Shown piece by piece: positions 9,664-19,859 of a DNA stretch of 64,000 nt; the first letter of the stretch is position 1; every line of letters begins with the position of its first letter. The notes under the pieces are model-generated. The model did not search any database. It was not told the DNA's origin and saw only the letters and a list, made by a program, of their open reading frames with translations. The translations under genes and the position numbers were made by a program. The stretch is from Spirochaetia bacterium (GTDB lineage Bacteria > Spirochaetota > Spirochaetia > SZUA-6 > Bin103), in NCBI GenBank assembly GCA_965208575.1, contig CBDBOV010000006.1:640001-704000 (forward strand), in the 5' to 3' direction.

Positions 9664-10563
9664 GTGATCCATTATGCCGTGCTCGCTCTAGTCGTGGCTG
9701 CGATGTTGGCTCCGGTGGCTGCGTACTCTGATCATTTGATTCAAGTGGTGGACGAAAGCTGCGGAGTTATCATCGGGCGCGATCAAGCCGATATCGAGGC
9801 GGCCACAACGCTCTGCTCTGTCCTTGAAGATGGACCCAGGTTGGTTCGTATAGTTGCCGACGGGCGGTTCTTGTCCCTAGAAATAGACGAAGATACAGCC
9901 CGCGAAGCGTTGGCGAACAAGCCTTGGTTCAAAAACACAGTGCGTGATTTGATGGCGATTTGGAGAGGGTTGACCCAATCGGAGTCGATCGTTGTTTGGG
10001 TATACTGGACGGACACACTGCTTGCTAAGAGCGGCAAGCCAGCGTATTCAGATGATCTGAATCAAACGGCGGTTGATGGGTGCGGAGTTATCATCGGACG
10101 CGATCAAGCCGATATCGAGGCGGCTACAGCGCTGTGCTCTGTCCTTGAAGGTGGGCCCGGGTTGCTGCGCATAGATGCCGACGGGCGGCTTCTGTCCTTG
10201 GTGTTGGACTGGCCCCTTAGACTCAGCGAGGTTCTACCCTGGGGGTCAGACATAGAGCACCCCTCCGTGGAAGCCTGGGCTCGGAGAGGTAGTGAAGCGT
10301 TCGACACATCCAGGCTTCGGACCAAAGAGAGTGTGCTTGAACTTATGGACCTATGGAAGAGGCTAACCGGAGTTGTGCGTCCGGTCGTTGTTCGGGTGTA
10401 CTCGAAGGGCCAGCTGCGCGACGCATGGGAGGTGCTGGAAGGCAAGCCGGAGGTCTTCGGTCATGGCCACGTTGTGACATTCACTCATGAGTGGATCCAG
10501 CAATACGATCAAGCCCTCCGGGTTTTGGGACTACCAACCCTGCCACCGGTGGTGCCGCGCTGA
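9664..10563 (+). CDS. Secreted hypothetical protein with an internally duplicated domain
   Basis: Signal peptide (VIHYAVLALVVAAMLAPVAA); CGVIIGRDQADIEAAT.LCSVLE.GP occurs twice, duplicated at DNA level (about 9760 and 10080). Confidence 0.65.
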   Translation: MIHYAVLALVVAAMLAPVAAYSDHLIQVVDESCGVIIGRDQADIEAATTLCSVLEDGPRLVRIVADGRFLSLEIDEDTAREALANKPWFKNTVRDLMAIWRGLTQSESIVVWVYWTDTLLAKSGKPAYSDDLNQTAVDGCGVIIGRDQADIEAATALCSVLEGGPGLLRIDADGRLLSLVLDWPLRLSEVLPWGSDIEHPSVEAWARRGSEAFDTSRLRTKESVLELMDLWKRLTGVVRPVVVRVYSKGQLRDAWEVLEGKPEVFGHGHVVTFTHEWIQQYDQALRVLGLPTLPPVVPR

Positions 10564-12929
10564 GCGGGCGCCGTCGCTGAGCTGTCGACGGGCGCCTCCC
10601 GTCGCGCAAAAATCGGCCGCTCGGCGCAGATCAGGTCACCCGGCCACGGGGTGAGCGCGGTGAAGGAGATGCGGTCCTCGCGGCGCGCCTGTTGGACGCC
10701 GGACGTGTTCAGGTGCTCCAGGATCATGGTCGCGAAGTCGTGCTGGCCGTCGTAGCCAGTCTTGGTCTCGGCGAGATGGTTGATGAGTTCGTCATTCTCG
10801 TCGACGCCGAGGGTGCGGTGGGGCGCCAGGCTCTCCACCGTGAACGGGCCAGCCACGCGGACGATGCCCCGATCTTCGTAGGGCTTGTCGTACAGGTATT
10901 CGAAGTCGGCCTTGGCGGCGATGGACGCGTCGATCTCCTTCTGCCGCGCGATGCGCGCCTCCCACCAACGGCGGTGCAGGTCGGTCGGCCCGGCGTCCCA
11001 CGGGTCGCGCGGCTGGTCGGGGACGTCCTCGAGGGTGTAGTCGCGGCGCAGGGCGTTGTTCAAAGCCAACAGTCCGTCGGCTCTCTGCGCATCGGACTTG
11101 GCCGACTGCAGGCGCTTCAACGCTGCCGTGGCCCGATCGGGCCACGGGTCGCCGGCCTCTCGCGGGATCTCCCAATCCTCCCAAGTGCGGCCAAGCACGC
11201 CGTTCAGTTCCGCCCGAAGCGGCTCCAGGGTCTCCTGCCATCGCTCCCAGATCACTTCGATCTCCGCGTTGTTGGCTATTGACTTGAGGGTGATGTGCGG
11301 TACGCGTTGGTACACGAAGCCCTGTCGGATGTCGCCACCAATCGGGGCGCCGGCCGGCACGGTCTGGGTGAGTTCGGCGTCCCTCTCCCGTCCCGCCGTG
11401 CTGTCCGCGAGCAGGTAGTAGGGATACCGCGCCCCCATGACGCGGGATCGGGCCAGCGCCAGCGCTACGCGCGAGGTGTCGATGGTAATCCATCGCCGCC
11501 CCCACTGTTCCGCAACGTAGGCAGTCGTACCGGAGCCGCAAGTTGGGTCGAGCACAAGATCCCCAGGGTCGGTGGTCATGAGGATGGCACGTTGGATAAC
11601 GCGTACATTTGTCTGCACGACGTATGTTTTTTCCGCTCCGAGGGTTCCTCCGGTATCGTCCCAAGAACTGTTCACCGGAAAGTACGGCGACTCGTCGAAA
11701 TAGCGAACAAGACTCAACGAAGTATTGGCTCCATGCAGCCGTCCGGCAAGAGCCGCTCTGGCAAGACCAACTTCGGTGGTTGTCCAACCTCGTGTGCCTG
11801 ATGGTCGATAACTACTGCCTTCAAAAGAAAACAAGAATCCCATCGCTGAGTGTTCGCCAGCCGACCGTCCCTGCCGCTGTGATGTGGTGTCTCCCATCCT
11901 CAGCAAACGGACCCCAGGATCAGATAGTAGCCCTCCCTCTGCGAGAAACTCGGTCAACGATAATTTCATCCCGTCCACGTCAACAATCCTGTATGGACCA
12001 GGGTTGGCGACATCGAGTGGACGAGAGATGAACATCCTTCGAAATTTCATTGATTGCTTTTTCTTCGAGAACCAGAGCGCATAGTCTTTCGGGTTAGACA
12101 AGTACACAGAAGTTGAACCGGAAGTTGTATTGAACGCAATAAGAGAGACAAAGTTTTCTTCTCCAAAGACCTCGTCCATCAATGCTCTCACACGGTGGAC
12201 GTTTTCGTCGCCGATTTGGACGAAGATGCTGCCGGTTTCGGTGAGGAGGTCGCGGGCTACGGTGAGGCGGTCGCGGAGGTAGGTGAGGTAGGAGTGGATT
12301 CCGTCGCGCCAGGTGTCGCGGAAGGCTTTGACTTGCTCGGGTTCGCGGGTGATGTGTTCGGCTTTGCCGTCGCGCACGTCGCGGCTGGTGGTGGACCACT
12401 GGAAGTTGGAGTTGAACTTGATACCGTAGGGCGGGTCGAGGTAGATGCACTGCACCTTGCCGCGCAGGCCTTCGCGCTCGGCCAGGGAGGCCATTACCTG
12501 CAGGCTGTCGCCGAGGATCATGCGGTTGGACCAGTTGGCGTCGTGGCGGTAGAACTCGGTGCGGGCGTTGTCGTCGGGCAGGCCGTTGAAGTCGGCGAAC
12601 AGGTCGAGCTGGTCGTCGGCGGCTTGTTCGCCTTGCTTGCTGCGGCGCACCAGGTCGTCGATCAGCGCCTTGGGGTGGACCTTCTCCTGGATGAACAGCG
12701 GCGGGGCCTGCACCACGAGGTCGGACCAGTCCTGCTCGTCCTTGCCGCGCCACACGAGTTGCGGATCGAGGTCGCGGTTGCGGCGCTGGTAGGCCACCTG
12801 GACGGGGCTCTGGTCGCCCTTCTCCATCACCGACCGGTACTCGGCGGTGGGGATGTTGCGGCGCGATGCCTCGTCGTGGGTAATGGTGGTTACTTCGATC
12901 GGTTTCTTGCGCGTCCGGCGCTTGGCCAT
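10509..12929 (-). CDS. Type III-like site-specific DNA methyltransferase (Mod), C-terminally truncated
   Basis: ILGDSL, YLDPPY and LDPTCGSGTT motifs; homology breaks after WPGDLICAE (about 10620). Confidence 0.88.
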   Translation of the reverse strand: MAKRRTRKKPIEVTTITHDEASRRNIPTAEYRSVMEKGDQSPVQVAYQRRNRDLDPQLVWRGKDEQDWSDLVVQAPPLFIQEKVHPKALIDDLVRRSKQGEQAADDQLDLFADFNGLPDDNARTEFYRHDANWSNRMILGDSLQVMASLAEREGLRGKVQCIYLDPPYGIKFNSNFQWSTTSRDVRDGKAEHITREPEQVKAFRDTWRDGIHSYLTYLRDRLTVARDLLTETGSIFVQIGDENVHRVRALMDEVFGEENFVSLIAFNTTSGSTSVYLSNPKDYALWFSKKKQSMKFRRMFISRPLDVANPGPYRIVDVDGMKLSLTEFLAEGGLLSDPGVRLLRMGDTTSQRQGRSAGEHSAMGFLFSFEGSSYRPSGTRGWTTTEVGLARAALAGRLHGANTSLSLVRYFDESPYFPVNSSWDDTGGTLGAEKTYVVQTNVRVIQRAILMTTDPGDLVLDPTCGSGTTAYVAEQWGRRWITIDTSRVALALARSRVMGARYPYYLLADSTAGRERDAELTQTVPAGAPIGGDIRQGFVYQRVPHITLKSIANNAEIEVIWERWQETLEPLRAELNGVLGRTWEDWEIPREAGDPWPDRATAALKRLQSAKSDAQRADGLLALNNALRRDYTLEDVPDQPRDPWDAGPTDLHRRWWEARIARQKEIDASIAAKADFEYLYDKPYEDRGIVRVAGPFTVESLAPHRTLGVDENDELINHLAETKTGYDGQHDFATMILEHLNTSGVQQARREDRISFTALTPWPGDLICAERPIFARREAPVDSSATAPAQRGTTGGRVGSPKTRRA

Positions 12930-15900
12930 CTATCCAGCAATCCTCTTGTGGTCGGCATCGGCGTTCACGAGGCCGGTGGCGGCGGCAAACTCGTCGGCAA
13001 TGCTATATACGTCGGTGAACTCTGCGAAGGCCCAGCGGCCGTAGGCGCCGGAGTGGTTGATGCCCGGTATCCAGTAGGTGTCCATGGTGGCCTTCTTTTC
13101 CTTGGCGTCCTCGCGGCGGTAGCCCTTGATCTCGACCACGAGGTGGAGCAGGTCATGGTCGCCGCGGCCATCGTCCACCAGCACGATGAAGTCGGGCAGG
13201 TAGGTGCGCGCCTCGGCGCCGTAGCGGTAGGGAACCTCCAGCCCCAGGCCGTGGTTCTTGACGTAGGCGCGGACGTGCGGCTGCGACTCGACGAAGCGGC
13301 AGAACTCGGCCTCCCACTCGCTGTCGCACACCACCCAGTTCACGTGGCACCGGCGGGGGTCGGTTTGCCAGCGGGTCTGCTTCGAGGTGGTGAAGTTGAC
13401 GTGGCTGGTGGAGCCGGTCGGATTGTAGGGGTCCAGCACCGCGGTAACGGCGCGCTCCCCGAGATGGCGCGCCACGACCGCACGCGTGATGCGCGTGCAC
13501 GCCTGGTCGGCCAGTTCCTGGTACATGAGCTGGGCGGGATAGGTGCCGCCCTTGCAGACCAGGTGATCGTCCAGCCAGCGGCGGGTGACCCGCTTGAGTT
13601 GACCGAACAGGTGCAGCTTCGGCTCCTGGCCGGGCTCGCGCCAGTGTTTCTCCAGCAGGGTCTTGGTGAGGTGGTAGACCAGCGTGGCGGGGCGCAGGTC
13701 GCGGCGGTGGATCAGGTTCAGGTCGACGCCCTCGCCGATGATGCCGGCATTGTGGGTCACGGATGGACCGACGATGTCCGGGGTCAGGACCAGGGTGGAG
13801 TCGCGGTCGAACCTGGCGTCGACCTGTTCTTCCGGCAGTTCCACGCGGTAGCCCTGCACGCGCGGGAAGCGAATCTCGCAGGCGTCGCGATCCGGGGTGA
13901 TGGCCCTTACCGCTACTGTTTTGCGTGGCTTCGCCGGCTTGACGGCCACCGGCTGGGCGGTGAAGTCGAACGGGATGCCGAGCACGTCGGCGTACTCGAC
14001 GTTGAACCGGCCCTTCTCGTTCAGGTCGTAGGACTGGCGGCGCAGCGCGCGGCCCACCACCTGCTCGCACAGAAGCTGGGTGCCGAACGCGCGCACGCCG
14101 AGGATGTGGGTGACGGTGCGCGCGTCCCAGCCCTCGGTGAGCATCGACACCGACACCACGCAGCGGGTGGAACCGCCGAGCCGGCCCGCCACGCCGACGG
14201 TGTTCATCACTTCGCGCAACAGGTCCTGGTCGGACAGGCTCTCGGCCTGGCGGCGGTCGCCGGTGCGGGCAATGATCTCGCGGCGAAAGCGCTCGATCTC
14301 GTCGCTCGCGGCGCCCCGGAACTCGCGCCCGAGTCCTTCGCCGGAGTCGAGCTGCTCGCTGTCGATCAGCAGGGTGTGCGGCCGGGCGAGCGGGTTTCCG
14401 TGGTCGTCGAAGTTCCGGAACAGCTCCAGCCGTCCGTTCTCGAGCGAAGCGGAGCCGTCCCCGCGTTGGCGATGGAACCCGGAGATGTAGTCGTAGACCA
14501 GCTTGGAGGTGGCGGTGTTGTTGCACACCACGATGAAGCAGGGCGGCACCTCGATGCCGGCCTCGCGCTACTGGTCGAACACCTTCTCGTAGTGGCCGTA
14601 GAGCGCGTCGAGGGCGGTCTTGAGCCGAGTGGGAATGCTCAGCGGGTCGAGCGCCGCCGCCTTGGCGCGCCCCTTTGCGCGGCATCTGCTTGCCGATGTG
14701 CTGCCACAGGTTGCGGAACGTGGGCATCTCGCCGCTGGGGATGTTGTCCGCCACCGGCACGCGCGGCAGCTTGACGATGCCGCACTCGATCGCGTCCATC
14801 AGCGAGAAGTCGCTCATCGTCCACGGGAACAGCGTGCCCTCCGCGTAGCCGGAGCCGCGCAGGAAGAACGGCGTGGCCGACAGGTCGATCACCCGGCTCA
14901 GACTCAGCCTGCGCTGCACCGTTTCGAGGCCGGAAATCCACACCCGCGCGGCTTCGCTGTTCTTGCTTGCCTCGCGGCGGTCGTCCGCCGTCAGCCTGGC
15001 CTCCTCGCTGTCCTGCGCCGGCTTTTCGCGGTAGCAGTGATGCGCCTCGTCGTTGAACGCCATGATGTTCTTCATGCCCATCAGGCCGGGCATGACCCGC
15101 TGCAGCACCTGCCCCTCGGTCTCCAGCGTGTGCAGCTCCGGGCCGCGGCCCTGCAGCAGGGCGCGTCCGCCGCGGGAGATCTCCTGGGTCTCGCGCGCCA
15201 TGAAGGCGTGGTAGTTGGTGATGACAATGGCGGCGCGCTGCAGGTCGCCGAGCATGTCGCGCGGCACCAGTTCGCGGCTCTGGTAGTAGCTGTCCGGGTC
15301 GTTGGGCTGCAGCACGCGCAGGCGGTCGCGGATGGTCAGGCCGGGGGTCACCACCAGGAAGCCGCGCGTGAATCGCCGGCTGCCGGGATGGCGCACCGCG
15401 TTGACCGTCTGCCACGCGATCAGCATCGCCATCACCGTGGTCTTGCCGGCGCCGGTGGCGAGCTTGAGCGCCAGCCGCGCGAGGCCGGGGTTGGCCTACT
15501 CGTTCGCCTCCTGCAGCCGCTCGATGAACCCGCGCCCCTCGCGGCCGGCGCCGGCGGCCACCTCGGTCAGCCAGATCACGGTCTCCACCGCCTCCACCTG
15601 GCAGAAGAATGGACGCAGGTCGCTGAACTGGTGGTGGCGCCAATGCTGCAGCAGGCGGGCGGTCTCCGGGGTAACCCGCCACCGGGCACGCGGCAGCCGG
15701 CGCCACTCGTTCACGCTGTTGCGCACGCTCTCGATCATCCTCATCAGCTCGTATTGCTGGCCGTCCTCGTCCGCCGCGGTGCGGGCATCGTCCAGGCCCA
15801 ACTCGCTCTGAGCCGCGCGTCGCTTGCGGGCGGCGGGTATCGGCGTGATGAACGACACGGTACGCCGGCGGTCGACGATCCGGTTGGTGGGCTGGCGGTT

Positions 15901-15978
15901 CTCGTCCAGTTCCCAGTGCCGCGCCGGGTACTCATACGGCGAATTCAGGATCGGCTGTTCGAAGAACCTCTCCGCCAC
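12930..15978 (-). pseudogene. Type III restriction endonuclease (Res) pseudogene
   Basis: PILNSPY, LKLATGAGKT, NDEAHH, SATP, MLTEGWD, EQVVGRALRR, YLPDF..VEIKG; in-frame TAG at 15496-15498 and 14568-14570; extra G near 14670. Confidence 0.88.
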
Positions 15979-16554
15979 GCCGCCATCGTAATTCCTCGCC
16001 CCCATGTATGAGAACACCTTGTCGATTAAGGTCGATCAAGCCCTGAGTCGCGGCCGTTCCGGGACCGCCGCCTGTCGACCTCCCCGTCCTGGCGCCGGCC
16101 CGGCGACGCCGACCCGTTGCCGGTTGCTCGCCCGGCAGCAGGGGGTTGCGGAACGAGCGGTCAAGATGATATGGTGGTCGAAGAATGATGAGTAACTCAC
16201 CCGAGCCCAGAGAACGCGATGATCCCGGGGACAGAGTCGAAAGGTGGCTAGCCGATTACCACGAGCGGGTGCGCGAGCGGCCTCGCGATCGCACAGACAT
16301 ACCAGAGTATATCAACCGTTCTTGGAGGGTGTCACGAGGCTTGAGGCGATGATACGGGATCTCATCGAGAAGAAGCCGACCGCTCCGAATGACGATGGTG
16401 CCGGTGAAGAATGACGCGCTGAGAGAGGCCGCCGGAGCCCCTGCCGTGGTGCCGCCCGTCGCGGCCGGCCCCGGCGACGCCGCCCGGTTGCTGGTTGCTC
16501 CCGGGATAGTAGCGGATTGTGGAACGTTCGGTCAAGCTGGTATGGTAATTGACG

Positions 16555-16947
16555 ATGATGAATGATGTGCCCGAGCCAACACTCCGCGACGTGATGGACC
16601 ACCTGATCCGCATCGACCGGCGACTGGATGAAAACAACGAGCAGATCCGCAACCTGGATGACCGCCTGGACCGCATCGAGGTACGGCTGGATGAGCACGG
16701 CGAGCAGATCCGCAACCTGGGTGGCCGCCTGGACCGCATCGAAGGGCGGCTGGACAGCATCGAAGGCCAACTGCGCACGCTGCGCAACCGCATGGACAGA
16801 CTGGAGCAAGCCGTCGCCGACGTGCTCAAGGTCGGACTCGCGAGAGTGGAGGCGGCCGTTCGGGGCCTCGCCGAGACGAAGGCAGACCGCTCCGAACTGG
16901 CGGAGCTGCGGGCGGACGTTGACGCGCTGAAGGAGGCGGCCGGATAG
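16555..16947 (+). CDS. Small coiled-coil heptad-repeat protein
   Basis: Repeated RLDRIE.RLD..EQIRNL heptads; coding-like third-position GC. Confidence 0.7.
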   Translation: MMNDVPEPTLRDVMDHLIRIDRRLDENNEQIRNLDDRLDRIEVRLDEHGEQIRNLGGRLDRIEGRLDSIEGQLRTLRNRMDRLEQAVADVLKVGLARVEAAVRGLAETKADRSELAELRADVDALKEAAG

Positions 16948-17178
16948 GCAGCCGGCACACGCCCCATGGCGTCGGTGCGCCCAGTCTGTCTCGACACCGC
17001 CCCGAGCGGACACTTGATCGGCGCGCCCGTATGGTGCGCAAATCGTGAATCTCACCTTGTCCGTCGATTAGCAGACCGCGAAGCGTGCGAGGTTGACAGC
17101 CTGGAGGCGGTGAACCCGTTTGCCGGCACCGCGTCGACGGCCGTGTCTCGCCAGGGCGGGTGAGGATCCTCCCGGGCC

Positions 17179-18381
17179 TCAATGGTCAGACTCCCGCGGG
17201 CCGGGTGCCTGGTGTTGGACGGTGCGGACGGTGCCGTCGCGGTTGAAGGTGTAGGTGACGCCGGCCCAGGTGACACGGCGCATGAACAGGGAGCGCAGCG
17301 CTCCCCACAGCGCTACCAGTGCGACCAGCGGCGTCAGCGCCACCCAGCGACGCCGTGAGAAGGTGAGCGGGCGCTCGCGCGGCGCCGTGCACAGCAGCGG
17401 CGACACCAGCACGGCGGCGAACAGCCCGGCCGCCGCCACCACCGGCCACGCCGCGGCGCCGCTTCCCCCGATCGCCGCGACCAGCTCCGCGGCGGCACCG
17501 GCGAACGCCGCCGCGAGTCCCAGGATCCCGATTACCGCCGCCCACCACGACCCCGGCGTGTAGAGCCGCGTGTAGAACACCTGGCGGCTGAACCAGTCGA
17601 GCAGGTCGGGGAAACCGGCGATTGCGTCGCCGGTCGGCGACACGCAGCGCGGCACGAACACGCGGCGGGCGCGGTGGCGGGCCAGCAGGGTCTGCAGTGA
17701 CAGGTCGTCGGACAGCCGCGTGACCCAGTGGGTGGCCACCCCCAGGCGCTGCCAGTCGGTGCGCCGGATCGCCCAGGTGCCGCCCCACACCGCCTGCGAG
17801 GTGGGCCAGGCGGCGAGCGCCGCCATGTGCGCCGACAGCACGGTGTGCACCTGCGCGGCCACGCTCGCCGACACGGGTGCCAGCCAGCGGTAGCCGGTGG
17901 CGACCGTCACGTGCGGCCGCCGCAGCGCCCCGACCAGGTGGTGCAGCAGGTCGGGAGGCGGCTCGATGTCGGCGTCGCAGAACGCGTACACCTCCGCCTC
18001 CGCGGGCGCGGCCGACACCGCGACGAGCAGGTTGTGGATCTTCTGCGAGCCGGTGCGGGCCAGGCCGGCGACCACGTGGCGGACGTGGTCGTGATGTGCG
18101 GCCACGGCGGCGATCAGCGGCACCGCGGCGTCGCGCTCGCTCTCGGTGACGAAGGTGATCGCGAGCGGACGGTAGCGCTGGGCGGCGAACGCCTCGAGGT
18201 GGCGCTCCAGGTGCGCGCCGGCCCCCTTGCACGGCACGACCAGGTGCACCGCGGCGGCGGGGCTGCGCGCCAGGCGCGGCCGGTAGCGGCTGCCGCGCCA
18301 CCAGCTCAGCGCCGCCGGCGCCACCTGTACCGCGCTCAGGACGGCGAACAGGAGCGTCCGCGTCAGCTCCCAGCCGGTCAC
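17179..18381 (-). CDS. Membrane GT2 glycosyltransferase (ceramide glucosyltransferase-like)
   Basis: VPCKG, SQKIHNL, FCDAD, WGG..AIRR, SDD, WFSRQ; C-terminal TMs and WAGVTY; GTGA overlap with the upstream gene. Confidence 0.82.
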   Translation of the reverse strand: MTGWELTRTLLFAVLSAVQVAPAALSWWRGSRYRPRLARSPAAAVHLVVPCKGAGAHLERHLEAFAAQRYRPLAITFVTESERDAAVPLIAAVAAHHDHVRHVVAGLARTGSQKIHNLLVAVSAAPAEAEVYAFCDADIEPPPDLLHHLVGALRRPHVTVATGYRWLAPVSASVAAQVHTVLSAHMAALAAWPTSQAVWGGTWAIRRTDWQRLGVATHWVTRLSDDLSLQTLLARHRARRVFVPRCVSPTGDAIAGFPDLLDWFSRQVFYTRLYTPGSWWAAVIGILGLAAAFAGAAAELVAAIGGSGAAAWPVVAAAGLFAAVLVSPLLCTAPRERPLTFSRRRWVALTPLVALVALWGALRSLFMRRVTWAGVTYTFNRDGTVRTVQHQAPGPRESDH

Positions 18382-18863
18382 GCCGGCGCGCTGCCCGGCG
18401 CCCCGGCCAGCCACTGCGCCAACGCCTTGTCGGGGCTCGCCAGTTGTTCCAGGTCGGTATAGTAGTAGCGTTCCCAGCCTTGCTCCGGGAGCCCGGTAAA
18501 CAGCATCAGGTTGAGCGGATAGTGCTCGCTGTCGGTGCAGCGCCGGAAGTCGTCGCGAAACAGGAAGGTCGGGATCCCTCGGGCGATGGCCACGCCCAGT
18601 TCCACCATTACCCCCTCGTCGGGCGGCGTGCCGTTGACGATGGCGAAGATGGCGTCGCAGGTGCTGACATCGTTCAGATCGCGCTGCCCGACCCGGTACG
18701 CCCAGCCCGGACTGGTCACGTCGAAGTTGTTGTGCGCAAACGGCTCCCACACCTCGGCACCAAGCGCCTCCAGGCGCGCCACGAACTCGGGCAGCAAGCG
18801 CTCCTTCTGCTGCGCCGAAAAACCGTACGGGCTGGCCAGGTAGATCCGTTTGCGTGCCACCAT
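18378..18863 (-). CDS. Nucleoside 2-deoxyribosyltransferase family protein
   Basis: IYLASPYGF, D...V..CD, DEG.MVELG.A, NLML. Confidence 0.88.
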   Translation of the reverse strand: MVARKRIYLASPYGFSAQQKERLLPEFVARLEALGAEVWEPFAHNNFDVTSPGWAYRVGQRDLNDVSTCDAIFAIVNGTPPDEGVMVELGVAIARGIPTFLFRDDFRRCTDSEHYPLNLMLFTGLPEQGWERYYYTDLEQLASPDKALAQWLAGAPGSAPA

Positions 18864-18933
18864 GGGGCCAACCCTACCGGGCGCACCCCGCCGCGACAAC
18901 GGCTGCGCCGATCGGCTACCCTGCAGCCTGATC

Positions 18934-19632
18934 ATGGCAGCGGGAAACCAACAGGTGGACAAGCAGCGCCTGGCGCGTCTACTCGTCGATTCCGGCGCGG
19001 TTCGGTTCGGCGAGTTCGCCACCAAGAGCGGGCGCATCTCGCCCTACTTCATCAACCTCGGCGAGATCTACCGCGGCGCACAGATCGCCGAGCTGGCCGA
19101 GTACTACGCGCAAGGCATAGCCGAACACTTTGCCGATGAGCGTCCCGACTGCCTGTTCGGCCCCGCCTACAAGGCGATTCCCCTCGCCGTGACCGCCGCC
19201 GTCGCTGCCTCCCGGGTTCTCGACCGCCAGTTCACCTACACCTTCAACCGCAAGGAAGCGAAGCGGCACGGTGAGTCCGGCATACTGGTGGGCCGTGCGC
19301 CGCGCGGCCAAGACCGGGTGCTGATCGTCGACGACGTGGTCACCGACGGCGGCGCCAAGCGGGAGGCGGTGGAACTGCTGCGCGCCCACTCCGCGGCGCC
19401 CGTCGTGGGGCTGCTGATCGCCGTGGATCGCATGGAGCGGGGCACGGGGCGGCTGAGCGCGCTTGCCGAGTTGCAGGCCGAGTTCGGCTTCAGGGCGCGG
19501 GCGTTGATCGACATTGAGGAGCTGGTGGAGATGGTGCCGGTGTCCCTCGATCACCGGGCCGCTGTGCGCCGCCACCTCGACCGCTACCGGGCGTCCGAGT
19601 CTTCCCGCGAAGTTTCCCGACACCGCCTGTAA
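18934..19632 (+). CDS. pyrE: Orotate phosphoribosyltransferase
   Basis: FGEF.TKSGR.SPYFIN, LFGPAYK, FNRKEAK.HGE, IVDDVVT.G. Confidence 0.93.
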   Translation: MAAGNQQVDKQRLARLLVDSGAVRFGEFATKSGRISPYFINLGEIYRGAQIAELAEYYAQGIAEHFADERPDCLFGPAYKAIPLAVTAAVAASRVLDRQFTYTFNRKEAKRHGESGILVGRAPRGQDRVLIVDDVVTDGGAKREAVELLRAHSAAPVVGLLIAVDRMERGTGRLSALAELQAEFGFRARALIDIEELVEMVPVSLDHRAAVRRHLDRYRASESSREVSRHRL

Positions 19633-19669
19633 CCTTTGCCACGGGTCGTGGTTTCTCTTTTATACACAG

Positions 19670-19790
19670 ACTGGGGGGCTTTCCGGACACCGGCTGGCCA
19701 AGGTTGGGTGTTCCGCACCCCGGGTGTATCGATTTCCATCCACCGGCCCCTGGGGTTTTACCTCCTTTACCCAGGGGCCTTTTTTTGTGC
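19670..19790 (+). ncRNA. Candidate intergenic sRNA ending in an intrinsic terminator
   Basis: TTGCCA..TTTATA promoter-like region, GGGTG/CACCC hairpin, GGCCCCTGGG..CCCAGGGGCC stem followed by a T run. Confidence 0.35.
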
Positions 19791-19859
19791 CCTTGCCCGT
19801 AACGCACCGCCGTTTCTCCCGCCCTCGCAGGGCAGCGGCCCTGCTATACTCGCCCCGCC

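Noticed and set aside
9381-10728. DGR template/variable repeat pair
   Set aside because: Mismatches are not adenine-specific and are mostly synonymous; no reverse transcriptase is present
12195-14774. Long antisense ORFs (also 21599-23902, 38234-40303, 42258-44339 and others)
   Set aside because: Shadows of real opposite-strand genes in high-GC DNA; no motifs recognised
14568-15498. Amber recoding of the two TAG codons in res
   Set aside because: TAG ends many intact genes here (glpK, gap, pgi, hsp20), and res also has a frameshift
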